A stretch of DNA of 64,000 nucleotides, taken from Octopus sinensis (Eukaryota). Positions 13,125 to 26,230 of the stretch are shown here, in pieces. Location: the NCBI RefSeq assembly GCF_006345805.1, contig NC_042997.1, positions 126,356,001-126,420,000 of the forward strand. Direction: 5' to 3'. Both the position numbers and the translations under genes were made by a program. Within the stretch, counting starts at the first letter, position 1. Every line of letters starts with the position of its first letter. The notes beneath the pieces are model-generated. The model saw only the letters and a list, made by a program, of their open reading frames with translations. It was not told the origin of the DNA and searched no databases.

Positions 13125-13150
<26 letters not shown>
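12480..13150 (+). mobile_element. 5'-truncated RTE LINE: ORF2 end plus 3'UTR and (GAT)n tail
   Basis: 12608-12680 reads GLTEEMTK-DRDL-WRYAVTVKTRQMK* with frameshifts; UTR has gtggcacgtaaaaagcacc units; ends catgctagcatggaaaacagacattaaac(gat)n. Confidence 0.82.
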
Positions 13151-13155
<5 letters not shown>

Positions 13156-13254
13156 ATCACTCTAATGTGGAGCTCACAATTGTCTGGTAGAGGGGTCACC
13201 AACCCTTCTAGTTTGACTGTTCCACTAATATTTGGCATTTTATTCTACTTTCAG

Positions 13255-13314
13255 ACATTTAGTATTACACAAGAGGATCATGAATTGTTTATAAAAGATG
13301 AACTCAAGAAAAAG
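13255..13314 (+). CDS. BAIAP3: Internal coding exon (60 nt, phase 0/0) of a Munc13-4-family (UNC13D/BAIAP3-like) gene; TFSITQEDHELFIKDELKKK
   Basis: Acceptor ttttattctactttcag|ACA, donor AAG|gtacgt, open in frame 0, in non-repetitive sequence. The peptide aligns without gaps to human UNC13D [20 protein letters not shown] and BAIAP3 AFGTSLEEHTEAIERVRKAK (F..(S/T).E(E/D)H). The 60-nt phase 0/0 structure matches UNC13D exon 4 as recalled. The symbol is family-level; orthology is not established. Confidence 0.78.
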
Positions 13315-13468
13315 GTACGTCTTTTAGACAAGAGCAAATATTTTGAGGAGTTTATTTTTACAATCTTTTGTTTTTTTTTGTTGTTGTTGAATTCTTCTGT
13401 TTTTAAAGAAAAAATAAATTAAGAATCTAGTTTTTTTTGGGTATTTTTTGTACCGCTTTTATTTTTAT

Positions 13469-13482
13469 GTTGCCATGGAAAC
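13469..13482. promoter_or_regulatory. Candidate RFX X-box GTTGCCATGGAAAC
   Basis: 13/14 match to the palindromic X-box GTTGCCATGGCAAC; the reverse strand GTTTCCATGGCAAC fits GTHNYYATRRNAAC. It lies in unique sequence 155 bp downstream of the 60-nt exon. Confidence 0.45.
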
Positions 13483-13589
13483 AAACCTTCATCTTTATAG
13501 AATCAATAACTCTAACATGTTTGTTGTAAATCAATAAATGATATTTGTTATGGCACTGGGATTATGGCAGGGAGAATGAATGTACTACT

Positions 13590-13885
13590 GTTGCTGCTGC
13601 TGGTGATGATGATGATGATGATGATGATGGTGGTGGTGGATGTGGTGGTATTGATGGTTATTGGGATGATGATGATGATGATGGGAACTGTGATAGGAAT
13701 GATAATGACAGTGAAGATAGTGATGGTGATGATGATGATGATGAGGTCAATAATGATGATGATGATAGTGATGACAGTGTTGTTGTTGTTGGCAGTGTTG
13801 ATGATGATAATGATGATGGAGATAATGGGGTGGTGGTGGGGGATGATGGTTATAATGGTGGCAGCGATGGCAATGATGGTAGATT
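13590..13885. repeat. (GAT/GGT)-rich low-complexity tract
   Basis: Seen directly; source of the poly-D/poly-M ORFs. Confidence 0.9.
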
Positions 13886-14699
13886 AAGGAATCAACAAGG
13901 AATGATTCTGAGCACATTTGAAGAACTTTGGAATCAATCAGCTTTACAGAAATTTCGATAAAATTTCTTCCCACAATTTTATTTATTTATTTATTTATTT
14001 ATCCATTTATTTATTTATTTATTTATTTATTCATTTCTATAACTGAGTGTTCCTTTTTATCATAGGTTTATGGTTGAAATTGTTCCCCCCACATTCAATA
14101 GAGGAACATTCCCAGAAGAAGCAAATAATTCTCAGAGGCCTTTCATATAACTTAGTAAATACAAAAGACAAAAGCTGAAGACAGATGTGCCAATAGAGAT
14201 AATGCATGTACATGTTCTGAATAGATTAGCATAAAGTTTTCAAGACATTTTTCCTTTATGCTAGTCATCCAATGAAGTTCCATTTTTGCATTCAGTGATT
14301 TGCTATGTCTCTCCAAACATTTATTTTCTGTTACAATATCTTGCTATTATATTACCAATAGATAGCATTTGATTTCCATGAATCGTTCAGTCCCTTGTAG
14401 ATTACACAGCACAAATGTTTAAGGAGCTTGATCCATGCAGAAAAATTTAGATGACAAGAAAAACAAAACACACAAAAAACCCCCCCAAAAACAAACAAAA
14501 GAATAAACAAAAATTTGAGTATTCGATTTTTTTTAGAAGAAAATACAAAGGTATAAGCACGATACTGTTGTTGTTGTTATTGTCATATTTTCATTGTTTT
14601 TGTTTTTTGTTTTCTATGGTGATTGTTAATGGTATTGCTGTTATTCTTGTTGTTGTTGCTTTTGTTGTTGTTGTTGTTGTTGTTATTGCAGCTTTGTTT

Positions 14700-14957
14700 T
14701 TCTCTCTTCTGTGGTGATTGTTGTTGTTATTGCTAACTTGATTGTTATTGGTATGGCTGTCGTTGTCGTTGTTGTTGTTGTTGTTGCTGATGTTGATGGG
14801 GGTGGTGAAGACAAAATATATTTGACAATGACGATGATGACGACAACGATGATGATATTGTCGATGGTGGTGGTGGTGATGATGATGATGATTATGACGT
14901 TCATGTTGGTGATGACGACAGCAATGACAATAATGATGATGATGACAATGATGATGA

Positions 14958-14991
<34 letters not shown>

Positions 14992-15182
14992 GGTGGTGGT
15001 GGTGGTGATGATGATGGTGATGATGACGACGATGATGATGACAATGATGCTGATGATAATGATGATGATGATGATGATGACGATGATGGCAATGATGATG
15101 ATGACGACAATGGTGGTGGTGATGATGATGACGATGATGATGATGATGATGATGGTGATGGTGATGGTGGTGGTGACGATGA
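14700..15182. repeat. (GTT)/(GAT)/(GGT) trinucleotide tract
   Basis: Seen directly. Confidence 0.9.
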
Positions 15183-15274
15183 TGATTTTATTTTCTATGA
15201 ATACAAATTGTATTATCGGAAGAAGTAAGATTCTATATTCCACTTTGGTGCACCAAACAGCTAAAGGAACAATA
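15183..15274 (-). repeat. 92-bp module, inverted copy of 7217-7308
   Basis: Reverse-complement alignment; both ORF-track translations contain TNCII(R/G)(K/R)SKILYSTLVHQTAKGTI. Confidence 0.85.
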
Positions 15275-15449
15275 GCAAATAAAATATTGATAACCCTTCA
15301 AAAGTTTTCATTACACATGTGTACACACTACACATTGTCTAAAACACGTGTATGCACATTCACACAAACATTTTTTTTTTATTAGCTATATCTAATATTT
15401 GTGTATGTTTGCTTGTCCTTGTTTGTTTGTATATATTTATTTGTGAGCT

Positions 15450-16340
<891 letters not shown>

Positions 16341-16944
16341 AAACATATATATTTTGTGTGTGTATATGTTATATGCAAGCTCCACAGACTCATTATTCGC
16401 AATATAAATATACATAGAGACGCAAATTTGCACAGTCTATGAATATTTTTAAGCAAAAACTATAATATTAGCTTTGTCATGTTACTATCTTTGGATTCAT
16501 TTGTGCCATATTTCTAACAATGAGTTCTGTTGAATTCCTTCGCTACTTCATATTCGGTGTGGCATATTTTAGAATTCTTAAGTGGCTTAGCTTGTTTTTA
16601 AGCAATGTCTGATGAAAGTCAGTTGATTATGTAGAATCTCAGACAGTCAAGTATATTGGTGACTATGAAATTGGTTCCAAGTTGTATTGAAGTTATATAA
16701 TTTTTACTCCTAATTTAAACCTGATTGGATAGACCTATGATCACAGCCATTCTAACCTTGGCCATCTCATCTATTTAAGGGTATCAAGAATTACATCATA
16801 TTATGTGCACTGAATTTTTAATTATAAATAGAGAGAATTTGATTGCTATTTCTAGTAGCCTGAGTGGCCGTTCAAAGGCTCTCACTTTGGTTAAAAAAAT
16901 TTTCTTGAGCTCATGTAGTATTGTAATTGTAACGTATTGTAATG

Positions 16945-17075
16945 AGGACAGCTGTGTGAAGAAATATCACCCTAACAGTGGAGGGAACCTGTGGAAGAGG
17001 TGATCCAGTAAGACCCTGAATGAGGTGATGAAGCATGACCTTCGAATGTTGGGCCTCACAGAAGCAGTGACAATA
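16945..17075 (+). mobile_element. RTE ORF2 C-terminal fragment
   Basis: EDSCVKK...VEGTCGRG.P.KT..EVMKHDLRMLGLTEAVT across frameshifts. Confidence 0.65.
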
Positions 17076-17304
17076 TTATATAATGTTGGATCTGATGGAA
17101 TAGACCTATGATTAAAGGTATTCCAGCTATGACTATCCTGTTTAATCTGTAGGATCTAGTATTATATTATCTAATGTTTATTTAAATTATTAAGACAGTA
17201 CACTGTTACTTAAAGGAAATTTGGTTGCTATTTCCAGCAAGTCAAGCAACTATGTAATGGTTCTTTCAATGGATCTTACTATATGGAAGATATTATAGAA
17301 GCTG

Positions 17305-17625
17305 TTTAGCAATTGAGAATTGCACCAGGTTTCAGTAATTTGTTTTGGCTTGGTTTCTCTAATGCCAAATTTTTTACAGAGTGTGCTAGGTGTTTTGCAT
17401 GTGCCACTAGCACGGCTGCCTTTTTGTGTGTCAGTGGCATGGATGGCTTTTACATGTTACCAGCACTGGCAACGACCACAGGTTCACTTGGCTTGATGTG
17501 TCCTCTCAAGCATAGCAAATCGGTAGAAATTTCAGGCACTTGTTGTTACTTCCATGAGGCTCAACAACTGAAGATCCTATTTCACCACCTGGTCGCACAT
17601 CTTCCTTGGGCTATCCTTAACACAG
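17305..17625 (-). mobile_element. RTE ORF2 end plus partial 3'UTR
   Basis: Minus strand PRKMCDQVVK*DLQLLSL...RFAMLERTHQAK* followed by UTR units. Confidence 0.65.
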
Positions 17626-17757
17626 GTTCTCTCCACAACTAGAGACCAGTACTAATTGTGGAGGGAATCTGTAGAAGGGGTTAACCCAAGAAAATTCCTC
17701 CTCCTCCTCCTCCTCCTCCTCATCATCATCATCATCACCACCACCACCACCACCACC

Positions 17758-17769
<12 letters not shown>

Positions 17770-17791
<22 letters not shown>

Positions 17792-17990
17792 TCATCATCA
17801 TTTAACATCCGTCTTCCATTCTAGCATGGGTGAGACGGTGTCACAAGAGCCGGCTAGGTTGAAGCCTGCACCAGACTTCTGTGACTGTTTTGGCAGAATT
17901 TTTACAGCTGGATGCTCTTCCAAACACCAACCACTCAGCAGAGTGGACTTAGTGCTTTTTATGTGGCACATGCACAGGCGAGGTCAGATA
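17770..17990 (-). mobile_element. RTE 3' end
   Basis: (cat)n ttaacatccgtcttccattctagcatggg... cagctggatgctcttccaaacaccaacc. Confidence 0.8.
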
Positions 17991-18009
17991 ATCTTTTCTG
18001 CCATAGGCA

Positions 18010-18290
18010 CAAGACCTAAAATTTTGGCAATGGGGATTAATTGATTACATTGACTCCAGCACTCAGCTGATACTTATTTAATCAACCCTTAAAGGATAAA
18101 ACCAAAGTCAACCTTGGTGGAATTTGAATTCAGAACATAAGGCTGGAAGAAATGCCACTAAGCATTTTGTCCAATGTGGTGATGATTCTGTCAAAGGATG
18201 AAAGGCAAAGTTGATTATGGCAGAATTTGAACTCAGACATATAAAATATCACTAAGTAACTGTTTCAAATTTTGGAAGAAAGCCAGCAAT
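18010..18290 (-). mobile_element. Two partial family B SINEs
   Basis: aaaggataaaaccaaagtcaacc and aaaggatgaaaggcaaagttg cores. Confidence 0.65.
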
Positions 18291-18384
18291 TTTAGTGTAG
18301 TTGAGACATTGATATGCAGTGCTCAGGAACAAACTCCAAGAATTACATCAGGTTCCAAATATAAGAGTTGTGAATTACTCTTTT

Positions 18385-19043
18385 GTAGGATGTGTGGCAT
18401 CAAAAACAAAGTGAATGAGTGTAACAAATTGACCCCAAAAAGAATATAAAAAGAGGCATGATAACATAGCTAAGTATGTTCACTGGAGATTGTGTGAGAA
18501 GTACGAACTTGAAAGGATACTGAAATGGTATGAGCACAACCCAGAAGGTGTCACCAAGAATAATGAGTGTAAGATCTTGTGGGGTTTTACAATGCAGTGT
18601 GATTCAGTGAGTGATGCTCAGAGACCGGAAATTGTTGTAGTTAATAAAATGATGAAGGAAACAAAGATCATTGATATTGCCATACCTGGGAAGTACAAGT
18701 GGGAGACAAACATCTGGAAAAGATTGAGAAGTACCAGCCACTAAAAGATGAGGCTGCATGAATGTATGCAATGAAGAAAGTAATTGTTATCCCAGGAGTT
18801 GTAGGGGTACTGGAAGCATTAGCAATAAAGTTTGAAAAATTTGTTTGAGAAATTGGGACTGACATGAGGATAGAACATGCTAAGAAAACTGCTTTATTGG
18901 GGACAGCGAGGATTTTTCAGGTTCATACTTGGAGGTTAAGTGTCATGGAAGAAGACCCTGTGAGATCCTTGACAACAGGTTGTTGTCTACTCTTACAGAA
19001 TTAATGAGAGCAAGTGAATCAAGAACTCTTAGAAGGGAAATGG

Positions 19044-19112
<69 letters not shown>

Positions 19113-19145
19113 TAATAATAATGATAATAATAATGATAGTAATAA
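18385..19145 (+). mobile_element. 5'-truncated Dong/R4-like element: CCHC/RLE region, 3'UTR, (AAT)n tail
   Basis: CRMCG...KEYKKRHDNIAKYVHWRLCEKY...WYEHNPEGVTKNNECKILWGF...RPEIVVV...IIDIAIP...KKTALLGTARI; (aat)n 19045-19145. Confidence 0.88.
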
Positions 19146-19699
19146 TAGTTTATAAAGATTGATATAACTCTTCACAAAGGAAAACACACAATAAGAAGAG
19201 TATGATATGATTTATAATAAACAGAGTTTGACTCTGTTTATTAAACTGAACAATATTTCCACTTCCTTGGGTTCAAAATGAAAAATGGAAAAAAAAATAT
19301 GAAGAAATACAGAAAAAAATTCAACATTTGAACTGGAATCATGCATTACTTTTTAGACAAAATGACATCAAGCTTTACTCTTTAATAACTGGTAACAAAA
19401 AAAAAAAAGAAAAAGAGCAAAGAAAAAAGAAAGCAGGATAGAGAACACTTAGTCATTAAGTTTTGTGTAAATGTGATGGAATTCTTCTATCATTTTGTTC
19501 ATTCTTCCACAATGAACATATCTTACCTCACTTGCAGAGTATAATGGTCAGAGACTCAGGTGGAAGTTTTATAGGGATTAGAGGTAATGGTTAATATTTC
19601 TCTTATATTTTTTGCATCTAAAGTCTACAATAAGCAAATAAGAAACTATTTGTTTAAATCAAGGATATTTTTCTGAAATATACTGGTATCTTTCAAGCA

Positions 19700-20570
19700 A
19701 CACTTTTGAAATGCCAGCATAATTTCGGTGCCAGTTAATCATTAAAGGAATTCAATCATAAATTTTACATCAGCTGATAAAATTAGGCTTAAAAGTTTGG
19801 TGACCTTGCTAATTTTAGCCACATCATATTTGTGGTTTCCTTTAATCGTAATTCACTAAAACTACATTTGGTATTATGATACACAAAACTATTTGCACAT
19901 TTCCAATAATCCCATATGTCAATACATACAAATCCATTTTACCCTAAAACTGGGATTTGGGATTCGGCTTAATTTTATTTATGAGGATTATTATATCAGT
20001 GGCGAAGATAAATGTGGGATGTCATGATTCTGCAAAATGACTCTGTCACTATTTGACTTTATGAAAACTTAACTTCTGTGTCCAAAACTTGATGAAAATT
20101 TAATATTGGACTTACCACAAAAATCAAGGGATGTAAGCCCTGTTCATTTTGCAACAACATGAGTTAAATCAATTCCATTCATAAATTATAACATAACCCT
20201 AACTCTAATTTATACAGAACATGGGACCTGTAAAGATTCCCATCTGATATATACACAGCAGAATGCACCAAATGCAATTTGATTTATGCTGGTTGCACGA
20301 CAGAAAAATTAGATAAAAGATCCGCTGAGCAAAGATATAATATCAGGCACAATAACAGTTGTCTGAAGGAACTTACTAAACATTTTTCATCAAATGGATG
20401 TAAATTCTTGGAATACCTGAAAGTGTCAGAAAATATTCTGACTCTATTGTACTTTCAGTCCTCAAAAACCTACGAAGATAAAGATATTTGTGAATTACTA
20501 ACATCATACCTTGGAGGAATGAACAAAATGACAAAAGAATTCCATCACATTTATACAAAATTTTTTGATT
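19700..20570 (+). mobile_element. Penelope-like element remnant (RT C-terminus, Cys linker, GIY-YIG endonuclease)
   Basis: DTQNYLHIS (RT C-terminus), GCKPCSFC linker, and SHLIYTAECTKCNLIYAGCTTEKLDKRSAEQRYNI (GIY-YIG pattern IY...C..C...Y.G.T...L..R). Confidence 0.8.
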
Positions 20571-20869
20571 GAATGTTCTGTACCCTGCTTTCTATTTTGT
20601 TCTTCCTTCTTTTTTTTTCTTTTTCCTTGTAACCAGTTATGTAAAAGCAGAAATTAATGATGTCATTTTGTCTAAAAAGGAATGCATGATTCCAGTACAA
20701 AAGTTAACTTTCTGTATTTCTATGATTTTTTTTTCCATTTTTCATTTTGAACCCAAAGAAGGCAGACATACTGTCAAAATATTGTTCATTTCAATAAACA
20801 GTCATTCTCTATTTATTACAAGCCATGTTGTGCTCTTCTTATGGCGATTGATGTAACCTTTGTGGAGAG

Positions 20870-22800
20870 TTACATCAATCTTCATAAATTATTATTTGAG
20901 ATGCTTCAACCATGATTGTGACTTTGAGATGCTTTGACCATGACAGTGTGAAATGCGTGACCCAAAAGGTTGATGGAATCCTGAAATATATTCCAACAAA
21001 TGATCTAGTGGAAACAAGGGACCTGATTAAATCTGCTTCAGCTTTAGTAAGTGAACTGGTTAGGAAAAAAGAAAGGAAATCAGGCACACAGAAGAAGCCA
21101 TGGTGGAAGCAGAGAATCAAAGGTGATATTAAAACCTTGTGTAAAGATCTGAGTTGCATACAAGAATGATTCAAAGGGCAATGGAAGCATACTAAACAAA
21201 GTGTGAAGACATATCTTATTTCTTTACTACCCACAAGGGGCAACACACAGAGGGGACAAACAAGGACAGACAAACGGATTAAGTCGATTATATCGACCCT
21301 AGTGCGTAACTGGTTCCTAATTTATTGACACCGAAAGGATGAAAGGCAAAGTCGACATCTGCGGAATTTGAACTCAGAACGTAACAGCAGATGAAATACC
21401 TATTTCTTTACTACCCACAAGGGGCTACACACAGAGGGGACAAACAAGGACAGACAAACGGATTAAGTCAATTACATTGACCCCAGTACCCAACTGGTAT
21501 TTAATTTATCGACCCCGAAAGGATGAAAGGCAAAGTTGACCTCTGCGGAATTTGAACTCAGAACGTAACAGCAGACAAAATACCACTAAGCATTTTGCCC
21601 AGTGTGCTAATGTTTCTGCCAGCTCACCGCTGTTTTCATATCTGGAAACAAAATACCATATAGAAAGGAAGGGTTTCAAAACTGCTACTAAAACCCTAAA
21701 ACAATGTATTCAGGCAAAGACATTCAAGGTGCAGTGCAACACTGATTGTATAGCACAGTTCCAGCAAAACAGGTTATTCACAAATAACCAGAGGCAGTTT
21801 TTTAACAGCTTGAGTGGATACATAGGAGATAATATACCTTCTGAAGCAGAGGAAACTCACCAATTTTGGAATAACATCAGGGGGCAAGAGGTTTCCCCAC
21901 AACCACAGTGCTGAGTGGATTCATTCCATGAGATCTGAACTCCCTCACCCTGAGACTCCATGGCAAGATCATGTGTGCATAACAACAGAAGAAACATAAC
22001 AGAGTATTTGGTAAGCAGTGAACAAGACCTGCTAAAGTATATTGCTAATACAGAAGGATTTACCACAAAGAAGTTGAGAGTGTTAATGAATTCCAGTTAT
22101 GAATAGGCAACAAGATAGAATAAACACTCCTTTGTATGGAATTACATGGTCAGTTCTACCATGAAATTATCAACTTAAAAGACCAGGAAGCATAATGGAT
22201 GTGGTTCAGCAAGGATGACCTTAAAAAGAAGACTGAAAGCCTAATGATCACAGCCCAGGACCAGGCACTGAATACCAACTCAGTGAAAAGGGATATAAGC
22301 CACACAAATGCAATGGATGTTTGCAGAATGTATTGGAAGAAGGACGAAAGTGTAAATCACATTGTTAGTACTTGTGAGAGGCTTGCGCAGAAAGAGTACA
22401 AGTGCAGACATAACAAGATAGCCCAAAACCTTTACTGATTACTGTGCCCGAAATATGGATACAAAGTAATTGGTGTTTGGTACCAACATACACTAGAAAA
22501 GGTAATGGAAGGAAATGGTGAAGACAAAAATTCTCTGGGACTTTGACTTCCAGACAGACAAGATGTTAAAGTACTGAACGCCAGCTATAGTAGCCTTTAG
22601 GGAAGGCAAGCAAGAGTAATTTATTATCAACCACTGTTACAAAAGGTTTGCCTCCTTGGCATGGCCAGAATAATCAGGAAAGTATTTGTTGAAAAGAACA
22701 GATAGCATGGCACCATAGGCTGCAGGTAGCAAGCCCACTATGCATGCAAGACTCCAGGAGTTACAACAAAACCTGAAATAAATAGAATAATAAAAACAAC
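20870..22800 (+). mobile_element. Dong/R4-like element lacking the RT domain, interrupted by a SINE dimer
   Basis: N-terminal KKPWWKQRI, LKQCIQAK...QFQQNRLFTNNQRQFF...FWNNI; then directly LHGQF, KKTESLMITAQDQALNTN...CRM...ESVNHIVSTC...RHNK, and LQKVCLLGMARIIRKV*. Confidence 0.85.
21217..21636 (-). mobile_element. Family B SINE dimer inserted in the Dong element
   Basis: Two tandem cores. TSD CATATCT at 21210-21216 and 21637-21643; removing the insert restores VKTYLETKYH in the host ORF. Confidence 0.88.
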
Positions 22801-22845
22801 AACAATAATGATAATGATGATGATGATGATGATAATAATAATAAT

Positions 22846-22871
<26 letters not shown>

Positions 22872-22876
<5 letters not shown>

Positions 22877-23280
22877 TATAAAGACTTGCTCATTGAAATT
22901 GAGAAAATGTGGCATCTCAAGGCGGTTACAATACCAGTGATCGTAGGAGCACTAGGAATGATCAAGAAGGGAACCGAAAATTATATGAGAATGATCCCTG
23001 GCTTACCATCCCTGCAAGAAGTGCAAAAGATTGTCTTAACTGGTACATCACACGTATTGAGAAGAGCATTGTCGATGTGAGAACTATTACTACCCATGTA
23101 TTTTAATTTAGCTTTATTTCTATAAAAAAAAAAAAAAATTAACAAACTAGTGAGTTTAGTTTAATGGCCTACCAATGTATACAATGAGTTTCTTTGCCCT
23201 AGGAGTCGGGAAGACACTCGGCAAGAAATGGAAGCAAATTTGAAAGAAAAAGAAAAACCCATAAACAATAATAATTATTA
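22872..23280 (+). mobile_element. Dong/R4-like 3' end (second subfamily) with 3'UTR
   Basis: LLIEIEKMWHLKAVTIPVIVGALGMIKKGTENYMRMIPGLPSLQEVQKIVLTGTSHVLRRALSM*. Confidence 0.88.
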
Positions 23281-23566
23281 TTTCTTTAAGATCTGTAAAC
23301 AAGTTGTGATGCTTTGAGGCCTGCAGTGGTAAAGAAGTCAGGTCACACTGATCTATTCAACCATTCCTGATAACTGCTAGATTTGTCTTTTCATTTCTGG
23401 TATGAAACCATTTGCTAATAAAACTGGTTGTCATTAGGCTAAAATATTATATAAATAGTAATGATATACCCACTCTGTACCTAAAATATAAGTACGGAAT
23501 GCCTGTTATTTTCTGATACAGGGAATTTTGGACAATTTCACTCTCTGTCTCCTTTTTATATATATA

Positions 23567-23613
<47 letters not shown>

Positions 23614-23792
23614 TGTATGTATGTATGTATGTATGTATGTATGTATGTACATACACACATACACGCACACACATGTACACATGCACACGTGCACAAGCAC
23701 ACATACACAGATATGATGTAAACAAAATACCGGCTGAAAATCAATCAATGTATACATATTAACATATGTGTGCATGTGTGTGTGTGTGTGCA

Positions 23793-23844
<52 letters not shown>

Positions 23845-23996
23845 ATATATACAGGGAGATAGACAGAAAGAGAGAGAAAGAGAAAGAGAGAGAGAAAGAG
23901 AGAAAGAAATCGAGAGAAATTGAGAGAAATCGAGAGAGAGCAGGAATATACAAATGAAATGAAAATCAATCATGATATACCAGTGCATACATACAT

Positions 23997-24031
<35 letters not shown>

Positions 24032-24319
24032 TACCTTTCCTCACATAATTATATTTCTGATAAAGATGTATAAAAATATATACACACGTATGTTACCTTT
24101 GTCAGCAAGCCATAAAAAGAACGCTGTTCAAAATATACTTGTTTATATAACCTCATAGCTAACATAAAGCAAAACAGTTATTTCATAAACAAAGCCAAAA
24201 TGTTGTACATTCTGACTACCGTCTTTTCAGCAGTAAATATCCTGCAGTACAGTGCTCTACAAATGTTGGGTTTAATATTTAAAACACAGAAAACGATCTT
24301 TGTAATACAAAATATTTCT

Positions 24320-24736
24320 TATTTCTTTATTGCCCACAAGTGGCTATACACAGAGGGGACATACAAGGACAGATAAATGGATTAAGTCGATTATATCGAC
24401 CCCAGTGTATAACAGGTACTTCTTTAATTGACCCTGAAAGGATGAAAGGCAAAATCGACCTCGGCAGAATTTGAACTCAGAACGTAACGGCAAGATGAAA
24501 TACCTATTTCTTTACTACCCACAAGGGGCTAAACACAGAGGGAACAAACAAGGACAAACAAATGGATTAAGTCGATTATATCAACCCCAGTACGTAACTG
24601 GTACTTAATTTATCGACCCCGAAAGGATGAAAGGCAAAGTCAACCTGGGTGGAATTTGAACTCAGAATGTAGCGGCAGACGAAATACCGCTAAACATTTC
24701 GCCCAGCGTGCTAACGTTTCTGCCAGCTCGCCGCCT
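24320..24736 (-). mobile_element. Family B SINE dimer with 17-bp TSD
   Basis: TAATACAAAATATTTCT at 24303-24319 and 24737-24753 flanks both units. Confidence 0.92.
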
Positions 24737-25399
24737 TAATACAAAATATTTCTCATATACAATATGAGTAGTTTTGTGCAATCTTTACAAAATTATCACA
24801 TCCAATTCACTAACCATTCCTTCCACCTCTTCAGTTTCTTCTCTTAACCCCAGCTCCTTCCAGCTCCTTTTTACAAAGTGGGCTATGTCTCTCTTATTGT
24901 TATCCTTCAAGAAAATGGTCTCCAGTCCCTAAAATCCTTTCTTTACTATTGTAATACACTCAACTGTTGCACCCTTAGTCTCTCTTGCTTTTCCCAAATT
25001 TTCCCCACCTTCAGCTACATCAACTCATTTGTGGTCAGTTGAAGTCCAAATATTCACTCAATTAACTGGATCCATATGAACCTTAGACTGACAACCATAC
25101 CAGCACCACATCCCTTATCCTTGAACAGCTCTTTTCTTTTATCACTTTTGTTAACTCCTTCAATTCTGATGTATATTTCCCACCCACCTTCTTCACCACC
25201 TCGTTATAACTTCCCAGAATTTCTGCTTCTATTGACAGCCACAAGCTGTCCTTCCTTTTCTTTTATAAATTCAGACTCCAATTCTTATCTCAGCTTCCTC
25301 TGAGCCCACCGCACTTTAACTAATTTGTGTAATTCCTTTATCTTCATTGCCTCTGTAACTCTAATTTTCATACTCAGTCATACCATATGGTCCACAATT

Positions 25400-25825
25400 T
25401 TCTACAACAGTGCTCCCTAACTGGCTCCCATGCTGGTGGCATATAAAAAGCACCATCTGAAAGTGGTCGATACCAGTACCTGCTGACTGGCTACTGTGCC
25501 AGTGACACATAAAAAGCACCATCTGAACATGGTCAATGCTAGTGCCCCCTGACGGGCTTCCATGCCGGTGGCACATAAAAAGCACCATCCGAATGTGGCT
25601 GATGCCAGTGCCCCCTGACTGACTCCTATACTGGTGGAATGTAAAAAGCACCCACTACACTCTCGGAGTGGTTAGCATTAGGAAGGACATCCAGCTGTAG
25701 AAACATTGCCAGATCAGATTGGAGCCTCGTACAGCCTTCTAGCTTGACAGTCCTCAGTCAAACCGTCCAACCCATTCCAGTTTGGAAGGCAGATGTTAAA
25801 CAGTGATGATGATGATGATGATGGC
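25400..25825 (+). mobile_element. RTE 3'UTR copy with four ~62-66-bp internal units
   Basis: Units tgactggct...gtggcacataaaaagcaccatc; ends ggaaggcagatgttaaacag(tga)n. Confidence 0.82.
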
Positions 25826-26049
25826 CATCTCCAAACAGAGTTGTCTTTAGGCATAAGCACACTTGACAGTTGCTCAGAAGCTGTATGTGGTTAGGAGCCC
25901 AGTACTTAATCTATGTATGCTGTGGTCTGTAGTTAGCTACCAATAAACAAACGCAAAGTCCCCAGTGCATTGATTTGCTTAGAGGCTCATAAAGCTGTAA
26001 AAAATGCCTTATTCCCAACCAGCCATTAACATTACCTGCTGTCAGATCC

Positions 26050-26230
26050 ATGCAGTTGAGCTTGCTCTTTTCCTACCTGCCTCATGTCCCTTCACCACCA
26101 ACTGCCTTTCATCTACCTTTATCTCCCATCCCACCACCTTACCTCTGCAACACCCTATCCTACAAATCCTTCATCTCCTCCAGTCTGATCCTGCTATCTC
26201 CCACATCATCTATGAAAACTATGTTTCCCT
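26050..26230 (+). mobile_element. Possible Penelope-like remnant
   Basis: HPTTLPLQHPILQILHLLQSDPAISHII resembles the post-RT segment of Penelope ORFs; short and degenerate. Confidence 0.35.

Noticed and set aside
24800-25350. Purine-rich minus-strand stretch that might be an old LINE ORF1 or esterase relic
   Set aside because: Multiple stops and no diagnostic motif that I could identify with confidence.
25400-25700. Regularly spaced ~64-bp units resembling a CRISPR array (also 38030-38270, 43710-43910, 48850-49070)
   Set aside because: Whole units are homologous, so there are no unique spacers. The context is eukaryotic with no cas genes, and the units are part of the RTE 3'UTR.
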